A DNA stretch of 63,095 nucleotides, counting the filler, from Octopus bimaculoides (Eukaryota), in the NCBI RefSeq assembly GCF_001194135.2. It is 4 parts of 4 records of this genome, joined end to end, with 100 filler letters (N's around TTAATTAATTAA, not from the genome) between each part and the next. Parts side by side here need not be neighbours in the genome. Positions count along the whole stretch, not along the records: positions 26,234 to 45,654 come from NC_068991.1; positions 45,755 to 63,095 come from NC_068983.1; 2 more parts are not named here. One strand, 5' to 3'. Within the stretch, counting starts at the first letter, position 1; each line of letters begins with the position of its first letter. Below the pieces are notes generated by a model. It made no database searches. It had not been told where the DNA came from and worked only from the letters and a program-made list of their open reading frames with translations. The position numbers and the translations under genes were made by a program. Below are positions 40,345 through 51,788 of the stretch, in pieces.

Positions 40345-40544
40345 CTTTTCCAATATATACTGAACTCGTTTACTTTTTAAAACATCCTTTTTAATATCAG
40401 CTGAGCTGCGTGGTTTGTTGAAACAGTAAACAGGAATGTCTTCTCTAGTTCTTGTGGCCCATCGAAAATCACTAGAAGACCGTCTGTCATCTAAAATATC
40501 TTCATACATATCTTTGTGACGTTCAGATATATGTTTACGATTAT
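40345..40544 (-). CDS. GNPAT: Glycerone-phosphate O-acyltransferase (DHAPAT) upstream coding exon
   Basis: tatttcttttatttag acceptor and gtatgt donor, 200 nt, phase 1-0. NRKHISERHKDMYEDILDDRRSSSDFRWATRTRE...DIKKDVLKSKRVQYILEK resembles human FEDILEERRHVSDLKFAM...DIKCSVLNSEEIHYVIKQ and splices in frame to 27336. Confidence 0.85.
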
Positions 40545-40789
40545 CTAAATAAAAGAAATATTTCAGAAAATTATCATCATTTTATGTATATCTGGAGGCA
40601 TGGGTTAGATGGGTCTTCAGGTAGTGCAGTCAATATCATTCTTCATACATTGACAAGTAACACCAGGCGTTTAATGATGATGATGATATCTGTGTATATA
40701 TTTATATTGATAGACACATACATATAAAGCACAAATAAATAAAAATAATAGTTACAAATAAAAATAAAATAAAAACAACTAAAGAATGA

Positions 40790-43700
40790 AAAATAACCAC
40801 TACAGAGACGGATGCTTCAACGAAGACATGTAGATTTGTGCTGCATCCAAGAAGTAAAGGTGGAGATTAGCTTCTGCTAGGTTCCTCACAGGTAAAGAAC
40901 ATAGGTATAAGATTTTCTGGGCAGGGAACACTGACGGGGTCAGGGGTGTGGGTATACTTCTTGTGGAGAAATAGGTTGATAAGGTAATCAAGGTAGTCAG
41001 AGTCTGCAACAGAATACTTAAGATTAGATTAGTGTTGCAACATGGATTGGCAACTATTATCTCAGCTTATGCCCCACAGCCCGGGCTACCTGATGGAGAG
41101 AAAGACCGATTTTATGACACCCTCTTGCAGACTACCTTGTCAACGAATGACAGGGACCTTCTCTTTGAGGCTGGCAACTTCAAGGGGCATGCTGGACAAC
41201 ATGCAGGGGGCTTCCATGGCGTACATGGAGACTATGGTTTTGGTTCCCACAAGAGGAGGGAACCAGGCTGCTGGAGTTCTGCAATGCATATGATCTTATA
41301 GTTTGTAATACTAACTTCAGGAAACCTGCCAGTCACCTATTTGCCTACCGATCTGGTGGACACACTAGTCAAATTGATTACATCCTCGCTAGAAAACGGG
41401 AAAGATTGCTACTTATGAATGCCAAAAATCTTCCCATGTGAAAAATGCACACCACAACATAGATTAGTAGTTAGCGACTTCAGGATCAGGGCTAAATAGA
41501 TGCCCAGAAGACAACCAGCATGGAAAAGAAGGGTCTGGAAGCTTAAGGATCCTGCAAATAGACAGAAATTTAGAGACAAATTATTTGAAGCTTTTGATGA
41601 AATAGAGGGGGATATAGCATCACATGACGTGGAAGACAACTGGAGGTTTCTATGGGACAACCTGCTGAGGGATACTGACCAGATCTGTGGATGGTGCAAA
41701 GTCCCCTCTCGACCCAAAATAATGTAGTGGTGGAACAATGTAGTTGACAAGGCCATTAGGGAAAAGAAACAGCATGGACGGACTGGAAGAACGGTGGTAG
41801 CAGGGAATTGTATCAGATTACTAGAAGGGAAGCTAGGAGACAGGTTTACTTAGCCAGAGGGGAAGCAGATAAGAAAAAAAAATTGCCAATGTTCTGTATT
41901 GTGAGAAACAAAGACTTGAAGAGTTTCGTATTGCAAGACAGTGTGTGAGAGAGAATCGAAAGAGAAATGTGTCCACATGGATAATGGTTCACTTGCATTT
42001 AATCAGACTGCAAGGAGAGAGACTTGGAGACGCCACTAAGAAAGGTTGCTAAATGAAGAGAATGAATGGGAGAAAGAGCGTCTGCAGAATGTCGACCTAA
42101 CAGAGGGACCAGCTATCTGAATTGACAGTACCTTGGTAGACAAAGCAATAAAGAGTATGAAGACAGGGAAAGACCCAGCCCATCAGGAATCACCAGAGAG
42201 ATGCCTAAAATATCTAGCCATGCTGGCTATTGTCTAGTCACCTGTATAGTCAACCAGCCGATACATGAAGGAGTCATACCCAATGACTGGTGTAGCAGCA
42301 CCACAGTCAACTGCTACAAAGGTAAACATGATACATTTGATACGAATAATTACAGAGGTATCAAGTTGTTGGATCACATAGTGAAAGTCACAGAGAGGGT
42401 CATAGCTCAACTAATTATGGAGAGAGAGTCAGTTTAGATGAGATACAGTTTGGGTTTGTGCCAGGGAAAAAGCACCACTGATGCTATATTTCTGGTAAGA
42501 CAGCTGCAGGAGAAATACCTAGCCAAAGATAAACCTCTGTACCTGGCTTTCATTGACATGGAGAAAGCCTTTGACAGGGTCCCCCGACCCTTTATCTGGT
42601 GGTCAATGAGGAAACTAGGGATAGATGAATGGTTAGTGAGAGCTGTACAAGTCATGTAAAGGGATGCTGTGATATAAGGTGTGGGTTGGCAACAAGTATA
42701 GTGAAGAATTCCGGGTAGGGGCAGGTGTCCACAAAGGATCAGTCCTCAGCCCCCTCTTATTCATCATAGTCCTCCAAGACAGGATGCCCCTGGGTGCTCC
42801 TCTATGCTTATGACCTTGCTCTAATTGCTGAGTCACTATCAGAACTAGAGAAGTTTCAGGTATGGAAGCAAGGTCTAGAATCGAAGGACCTTAGAGTCAA
42901 CCTAGCACAAACCAAAGTCTTAATAAGTAAGGAGGAAAACAAATCACAAATCTCTTCAGGTAGATGGCCCTGCTTGATCTGTAGAAAAGGTGTAGGTAGA
43001 AACTCCATAAGATATACCCAGTATAAGCTATGGACACACAAGAGGTGCAGGAAGGAAGGCTAACTGGGAAGACAGATTTTGTGTGTGGCAAATGCTTGGG
43101 GGCAATAAACACTGAAAATGTGCAGAAAACGGCTTCTGTCACATGCCACGGGGAAAAACTACAAGTAGTTAATAGCTTCTGTTACCTAGGTGACCATGTC
43201 AGTAGCTGGGGTGAATGCTCTGAGAATGTAGCAGCTAGAATAAGAATAGTCTGGGCAAAGTTCAGAGAGCTCCTACCTCTGCTGGTGACAAAGGGCCTCT
43301 CACTCAGAGTAAAAGATAGACTGTATGACGCATGTGTGCGAACAGCCATGCTACATGGCAGTGAAACATTGGCCATGACTGCTGAAGACATGCATAAGCT
43401 TGCAAGGAATGAAGCTAATATGCTCTGCTGGATGTGTGATGTCAGTGTGCATACACGACAGAGTGTAAGCGCCCTGAGAGAAAAATTGGACATAAGCATC
43501 AGATGTGGTGTGCAAGAGAGACAACTGCGCTGGTATGGTCATGTGTTGCATATCGTTGAGGACAGCTGTGTGAAAAAATGTCACACCCCAGCAGTAGAGG
43601 AACCGTGGAAGAGGTAGACCCAGGAAGACCTGAGATAAGGTGGTGAAGCATGACCTTCAAATGTTGGACCTCAAAGAGGCAATGACAAGTGACTGAGACT

Positions 43701-44112
43701 TTTTGGAGTTATGCTATGCTTGAGAAGACCCGGCAAGCCAAGTGAGACCATAACTGTGGCCTATGCCAGTGCAGCATAACCGGCCCATTTAAGAGTACCC
43801 TTCAATTATTGGACAATAAACTGTGCTTGTGCAGACTTGTTGAGTCAAGTGATTGGCATGTAAAAAGTACCATTTGAACGTGGTTGATGCCAGTGCTGCC
43901 TGACTGGCTCCCATGCCAGTGGCACGTAAAAAGCAACATTCGAGTATGATCGTTGCCAGTGCCGCCTGACTCCTATGCTGGTAGCATGTAAAAAGCACCA
44001 TTCAAACATGGCCGATGCCAGTACTGCCTGACTGGCCCTCATGCTGGTGGCACGTAGAAAGCACCTACTACACTCTTAGAGTGGTTGGTGTTAAGAAGGG
44101 CATCCAGCTGTA
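40790..44112 (+). mobile_element. Degenerate RTE-clade LINE, copy 3, with 3' UTR truncated against a mariner
   Basis: MLQRRHVDLCCIQEVRW, SAYAPQPGLPDGEKDRFYD, NYRGIKLLDH, LQEKYLAKDKPLYLAFIDMEKAFDRVP and LLYAYDLALIAES. Confidence 0.93.
43855..44065 (+). repeat. Three and a part tandem ~62-66-bp units in the RTE 3' UTR
   Basis: Units start ggca[ct]gtaaaaagca and contain gccagt-N8-actggc. Confidence 0.85.
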
Positions 44113-44114
44113 GA

Positions 44115-45226
44115 TTTTACCTTCATTAAAACTGAATGAAATTTAAGAGTATTTTAGAATATCTAATGGAATTAAAAATTCTTATGCATTTGTGTACATT
44201 TAAACTAATTAAATATTATTTTACAGAATAATAGAATTAAAATTTCTTTGATCAATACTCTTTCTAACATGAAAGTATCCAAAGAGCATTTAAGGCACAT
44301 AATGCTTTATGGGTACAAAAAGGGAAACTCTGTAGCTGAAGCGACTCGAAACATATACTCAGTTTATGGGAAAGAATGCTTGAATGAAAGAACTTGCAGA
44401 AGATGATTTGAAAAATTCAGAAGTGGGGGTTTCAGCCTTGAAGATGAAGATTGAACAGGACGTTCAGTTGAGTTTGATGATGAGCTTCTTGAGGCATTAC
44501 TTGAAGAAAATCCTGCATTATCAGATGAAGAATTGGCAATAAAGCTTAGTTCAAACCATACAACTGTTCATCGTCATCTTCAACAACTTGCAAAGGTTCC
44601 TACACTTGGAAAATGGGTGTCTCATGAATTGTCCGAAAGCAACTGCAAATCCCAAGTTGACATCTGCTCTTCTCTCCATTCTCATGAACTCATTTCACCC
44701 TTTTTGGATAGACTTGTGACTGGTGAGGAAAAATGGATCTTCTATCGAAATGTTAAACATCGTAAACAGTGGCTTGGTAAAAAGGAAAAAGCTTAACCAC
44801 AACCGAGAAGGGAACTTCATGAAAAAAAAGTTCTTCTCACTATCTGGTGGGATTGCAAAGGAGTCATTCACTTTGAATTGTTACCACCTAATACAACAAT
44901 CAATGCTCAAGGCTATTGTCAGCAATTAAAGCGTTTGAACCAAGCTTTGAAGAGAAAAAGACCCACTTTAGTAAATCAAAAAGGAGTGATGTTTCATCAG
45001 GACAATGTGCGACTCCACACTGCAAAGATCACATCACAGAAGATCAAAGAGCTTGGTTGGGAAAAAATTCCTCATCCACCTTATTCTCCCGACCTTGCTC
45101 CTTCAGACTACCATTTGTTTCATAGTTTACAGAAACATTTGGGGGACATAACTTTCGCAAGCCAGGAAGAGGTTGAAACTGACATTCGTGAAGCCAGGAG
45201 GAGGTTGAAAATGACATTCGTGAAGC
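44115..45226 (+). mobile_element. Mariner copy of the same family as 12375-13660, lacking both TIRs
   Basis: High nucleotide colinearity with 12400-13480; motifs LGKWVSHEL, LVTGEEKW, HQDNVRLH and PYSPDLAPSDYHLF. Confidence 0.93.
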
Positions 45227-45698
45227 ATGTTATGTAATAGCAGGCTAATCAGATATGAAATAACAGTTCCAAGTAAATAACTTTGAAAAGGGTTTTTGTG
45301 CGTTCCCAGAGAATATTATCCTCAGGGTGCTAGTGTTGGTATATTCGTGAATAAGTCACTAACTGAAGTAAGTGGATCTATTTTTCAGGAAAATACTATT
45401 TACTTATTTAAGGGTTGTATTGGAAAAATTGCGAAAATAACTCTAACAGTTCAAATACTGAGAAATAAGCATACTCAATTTCCCTTTTATCAAATAATTT
45501 AGGAAAATGAATGGGTTATTTCCCTTAGCTATATAAAAGGATCCCTTCCAGGGCCCTATTATTGATTTTTTCAACAATCTGAGTAAGCCATGAGGTTTCC
45601 AGACATGAATTTTACTCATGTATCAAGTGATATAAGAGAAGTTAGCTAACAACTNNNNNNNNNNNNNNNNNNNNNNNNNNNNNNNNNNNNNNNNNNNN

Positions 45699-45710
45699 TT
45701 AATTAATTAA
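45699..45710. other. Artificial six-frame stop linker in a 100-bp gap
   Basis: 44 N + TTAATTAATTAA + 44 N. Confidence 0.95.
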
Positions 45711-45754
45711 NNNNNNNNNNNNNNNNNNNNNNNNNNNNNNNNNNNNNNNNNNNN

Positions 45755-45805
<51 letters not shown>

Positions 45806-46118
45806 CACATATACACACGTATTTACATATATACATACATGCTCACAGACACACATTCAATCTTACTTGTGAAGGTACATATACATATCCATACATACAC
45901 TCATATAGATCCATAAATATATAAATACACATACATATATTCATAGGTATACATGTTCCCATGTACATACATATACAAACATATATACATATACCCACAC
46001 ATACATAGATAACTCTATATGCATATACACAGGCATATATATGTATACATATACCCACCCACATATACAAACTTCTATAAGTATGGCATATACACACCTA
46101 CATACAGTACCGTTTATA

Positions 46119-46153
<35 letters not shown>

Positions 46154-46299
46154 GTTAATAAATAACGTCCCATGGGGCAAACGAATGAGTGGTATGAAAG
46201 GTCGAACATGTTCTGAGTTCAGATTAAAAGGAAATAGGATAAATAAGTTAAATAAGGATCACGAAGCAGCGGTAAAAACAAATTGAAGTAAAATTATTT

Positions 46300-47250
46300 C
46301 TGCAGCAGGTTTTTAGGCCTACCTATTTGAGGTGTGTATAATTTGAGGTATAAATGTGTGCTAGATATGTTGGGTAGTGGTTTAATATATAGTGGACTCT
46401 GATCGTTAATATAAACAATGAATCGGAGAAATATGTGGGGACATAAGAAAAAATAAAAGGAAAATTATTCAGAATAATGTCAAGGATTAGGCGACGTATC
46501 AAAATGAAACACAAATTTTATAGACACATGTTATATCTGCAGTAAGTGTCTAATCCTCAGTAACAGAGTGTGTGTATAAATCTTAGATTAAGTCGTGGTG
46601 GGGATATGGTATATAAAAATATATAAATTCCGTTAGATAATTAAAAATAACAGTAGAGATACAAATAAAAAGAGCTAGATAGGGAAATACATATGAGGAT
46701 AAAAAATAAAAAATAAAATACTTTAAAACTCATTCAGGATCAGGTGATAAATATATTTATTTCAAGAGGATGACTGATAAAAACATTTATTTCGAGAGGC
46801 TGAAACCTGGAAAAGAATGGTAGGAAGGCAGTTATATGGTAGGCCAAGAGAAATAAGAAAAGCGGTGGAATATAAGATAAAATTATAAATCCTAAAGGTC
46901 AGAGAACTGAATTTAGAAAGGTAGAAAGAATCGAACATGGAAGGTTGGTGGTAAAACCAAAAAGCCGGTTTACACATTTAAAACATAAGTGTGAAGGATA
47001 AGCCCATAAGAGTTAATAGGGTTAGCGAAAGTAGGTGTATAATGCCAATAATGTAACAAGGCGTAGGTATTTAATATATAAGCGTTAGAAGTATCCAAAA
47101 TGGATAATCGGATGAACATACATCCCAAAGAAGAGGGCGTAATTATAGCAGTGCAGGAAGAAGTGAATAGAGGGATGGTTTGAATTGGCAGTGTCAAACT
47201 AGTATGGGCTCGTGCGTGGATGTCCGTGGGATGGTGTGGGGACACTCAAC
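46300..47250 (-). mobile_element. Possible ancient CR1/L2-like RT remnant
   Basis: Weak: ANPINSYGLILHT recalls the YRPISLTS motif, in a compositionally skewed stretch. Confidence 0.3.
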
Positions 47251-50200
47251 TGAGAGAAAGAGTATTTTCTTATTTAATGTTTTGGCACCTCGTGATAGAA
47301 GCACTGTATCACCATATTCCAATATAGTACTCAGATTTAATTAAAAATAGAGATAATTTGCTGGACACACAAAGAGCAAACACACACGCGTGCACGTGCA
47401 CGCAGACAGATACATGTATGCGTCTGTATGCATGTATATATTCTTCGCTAATGAGAATAAAATTAAGTAGACATCTTCCAATTACACATTACATAAAGGA
47501 AATAAATTATTAATACAAAGACACTTTCAAATTAGTCAACTAGTTAACTAACTTACTGACCACTGCTCTAATGGATTCATCAATCAATCAATCAATTTGT
47601 TTTTCATAGTTCTTTTGTTATAAGTTTCAGCTTCGTCAATAATGTAGTGTTCCTGGTCCGTCATGATATGACCAACCTGGATATACTGAATGCTAAAACT
47701 CAATACATTTAGTCTGGATCCAAGATTTAAAAGCTTGATGAGTCGGGAATTGCGACGAAAAGACGCTTGATTGACTGATTGATTTATCAAGTGATTATTC
47801 AAACAATAGATAATTCGTTTAGTTAATTAGTTAACTATTCGTCTAATAATGGTATACATAAAATTATTACTACCATCTTTATTGGGGAAATGACCCTCCC
47901 ATCTGCTTCACATCAGTTATTATTTTCAAACGTTTTGAAAAACAAGAAATACAAATATAAAAGCGAAACTTCTGGATATTATCATGATTCTAACAAGATT
48001 GTCAGAGTTGTGAGAAATGAGTGCGGAAAGCCGTGTCCTGTTTAGATCCTTTTATTTCACTGTATATGCCAGGCCGAATCAACTTTCTTCCTCCGTTGTC
48101 TATAAAAAAGAACTGTGATGCTCGTATTTTGCAATGTTTTTCTAATGCTTGGAATGCAGATTACAACAAATTAAGAATATTTTATGGGTGTTTTTTGTTG
48201 CTATTCTATACTGTCTTCTGTAATACTATGTGATTTTATATTTCCTACTATATTTCGGTGTAAACATGTCACAGTGACAGATATAACATGTGGCCAGACT
48301 GATATAACACGTAAATTTCCCTTTCCATCATAAAAATGGAAGATACACACATAATGTACATAACTAACTACCTCTTACACATCAAAAGAGTAGATAACCA
48401 AAAATAAAATAGAAAACATTCGACAGGATTGCAGATATGTTGATTTCAATATGGTTTTTCATTGTGTATGCATCTGTGTTCTTGTCTGTATTTGTGCCTG
48501 TGCGTGTATGTAATGATAAATATGTTAGGTGAAGCCTAAATTATATTTCAATGAGGCATGCATGAGGGCTCATCTCCATTTGAATAATGTAAAATTATTT
48601 CGTAATTAAGTTGTAAATAATCAACGTTTAGAGAAATTGAGTAGTGTCATCACACTCCATCTGATATAACACATGATGACGAAGATAATTATATCTGTTA
48701 GAGGGACTGTTACATCGCACGTTCGGATGACCGTTACTCAACTATAAATCATTATTATAAGCATAAAGCCTGAACAAAGAAGGGACACTACAAGGACAGA
48801 CAACACAAAACGTGGGGTACATTTAATGAATGATGACATGAATTATTTAAAATGGAAGGAAGAAATGGCTTACGAGCCCCCCAAAGCTCTTAATTTCATT
48901 TTACAGTTCTATTTATACTGTTTGTATTTTACTTACCATCTTCATCTGTTATATGTTCAGTTACGCCGTCTAACCCAATTACGTTCGGTAGATTTTCAGA
49001 AAAAAGCTCTACTCAACTACTATAACGTCTAGATTTCTCCCTCTATATCTACGTATTGGGCTAGCCTACTTCTTCGTCTGGAGGCGTCGACACAACAGGG
49101 ACACTTTGAAATTTTGTATGAATCTTCTAAATAACTGAGAATAGGTTTCACAAAACTTGACTTAAATGAGAATGTGTCATTGCGTATAGAGTTATAATTA
49201 GTTTTAAATCCTCACAGAAAATGCTCAATATCTGATCTTTTATCGACATTTCAGAATACCCTATAAATATTATAGATTTGCTACGAAAGACCATTTATTA
49301 AATGAATTGTAGATACTTCGAGTATATTTTTACTTCAAATAATTCTCGTGAGTAGAGAAATTACAAATGATTTGGCATCAGATAATTTTCCATTTAAAAA
49401 TGGAAAACTAACATTGTGTAGTTATTAATTTAGAGAATCAGTTTTAGACCTTTATTATTCGATATCTTAGTTAAACACTCTCTTAAAATTAATTGGAGAC
49501 ACTTGTACAAGTGGTCTCTAGCCAATATTAGAATATTTCCATTCAAAGCCCGTTATTATTTCTGCAAGCGCTGAAAAACAATATCATTTTATGTGGTAAT
49601 TTTCATTGATTTCGCAATTTGCTCTGCAATGAAGTGAACTAATAAAGAATTTCAAAAATCGTAATGTCATTGAGGTTAGACATATTACAACATATTTATA
49701 GATGCATACGTATTCTTTTGGTATGTATGTATACATTTCTGCTTTAACGTATGTATGTATGTATGTATTTATTTATTATATACGCATGTATGTATGTGTG
49801 TATATGAAGTATGTATGTGCATAAGTATTACTGACTGTATATATGCATGTATGTGCGGACGTGTGTAGGTAATTATATTGATTTTATAATGATAAATATA
49901 TGTTTTATAAATATATATGCTGGCACAATAGATTCCATCGCGTATACTTATGTCTAATATTTCTGGTCTGATGCTAGTGTGATTAGCTGAGATTAGTTTG
50001 ATGTGCTTTATTAAATAAGGACTTTTTCCTTTGTCATTTTGTAGATAGTAATTGTAATTGTTTACCGGGTACTTACGAAAATACGAATGAGGCGGGAACT
50101 CTACACATTTTATTTCTTTCTTCTTTTCAGATTATATGTTTTGACTATACATTCTATCTTTTGTCTATCCAGACAATAGTTGTCTATCTAAATCTGTTAT

Positions 50201-51599
50201 GTTGTCCACAGCATCTTTTACAGCTATGATGCAGCAAATATCAAAACATTTTCCATTCATGACCATCCCATTTAGTGTGTATCAAATACTATAGTGTGTT
50301 TTGTTCGGATCATTTTTAAAGCGATTAGGTGTGATCTAAGAAAAAATTACTCTTTTGTTTTTCAGACAAGAGACCACATTGGTGCGACAATTGTTTGGTT
50401 TTAGTTTATGTTGTGATAGAAAACGGTGAACATCCCATTTCTGCCACTGTTCGGTATATGGGGAGGTGTCATGTAGAGGAGACCTATCACTCGTGATTTC
50501 TCGTGTTCACTTATGCACTATTTTAGAAAAAATAATTGATAAAACAAATAATTCAGATGACATGATTGCAGAGTTTTATGTCTTTTACTAAAATTTATTC
50601 AGGAAACGCATCATGTATATTTGTGAAATCGCTTGAAACGTTGCTATTTTCATACTTAGGCAAATTTAGCTATACATTTGAAAGTCGATTTTATTTTCAG
50701 TTCCCTGTCTACTCATGTATCTATAGATACAACATATAAAACATATATCTAGTGGTTAGAGAATGTAAATTTATTCCTATAATTCACGAGTTTTTATACA
50801 GAATATTGTTAGGTAATAACTTTATAATTTTCCAAACCATTAAGCTCATCTTCGGAGATTGATCATTTTCCCCCCCAATATTTACATCTACTCGACATTT
50901 CGATCGGAGATCAAAACGATCAAAGCATAATTTAGTTGTAAATACTTTTAAAAAAATGTTCATCTCCAAAAATGACGGCAATCGTCCGAATAATTATAAT
51001 CACATTAGTAACTCTCAGACATTTAGGCATTAAATATATAGGGAAACTACCGTTGATAAAATTATACTGACTGTCATTGTTGCTGTATAATTCTTTGTGA
51101 ATACGGTGGGGAAATTTAATATAATTTACAAGATTATATCTATAAAATACTTACAAAAATCCATTAATGAGGTTAGAATTTACAATGAAAGTACATTTTT
51201 TCATTTTTATTCCAAGAAATATTTTCTGAAGAGTATATACATATATGTGTGTGTGTGTGTGTAAGTTAATTAGCGATATTCTATAGAGTATTCGGTTTCA
51301 AAGCTAATAGGGGCCTGTTCCAACCGACGTAGATTTTAATTTTTTTTTTATTGTTCATTAATTATCGCGTATGATATTGATGTCTCGGCTCATAGGCAAC
51401 AGCATTGGAAAATACAAGATTATAGCATAACTGTTACTTGTACATAACATTGTCGACAGCTGTGTACAATAGTGGAACTTTCTGATCTCTGTAGGCTTAG
51501 TAACAGTAGAAATATACAGTAATAACACAACGTCATACTACATGTGTGCAGAAATATTCCTTAATTTTGATGATTTAGTGAAGAATGTTCAGAATAGAA

Positions 51600-51756
51600 A
51601 TGTGTGTGTGTGTGTGTGTGTTTGTGTGTACGTATACAGAGAGAGAGAGAGAGACAGAGAGAGACAGACAGAGAGAGACAGACAGAGAAAGGTAGATAGA
51701 CAGACAGACAGACAGGTACATAGATACACAAACAGACAGACAGACAGACAGACAAA

Positions 51757-51788
<32 letters not shown>
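51600..51788. repeat. Compound microsatellite (TG)n(AG)n(AGAC)n(AGAT)n
   Basis: Directly visible. Confidence 0.9.

Noticed and set aside
40790-43620. CFDP2/BCNT-like host gene
   Set aside because: The similarity comes from the RTE APE domain; the frames are disrupted and the element is multicopy
47552-47680. Minus-strand GTAAGT donor as a possible GNPAT first exon
   Set aside because: The phase-1 frame needed to join exon 40544 contains an upstream TGA and no ATG; at best a non-coding exon, and unsupported
48670-48775. C/D snoRNA-like ATGATGA...CTGA spacing
   Set aside because: No terminal stem and no recognisable rRNA guide; these motifs are common in AT-rich DNA
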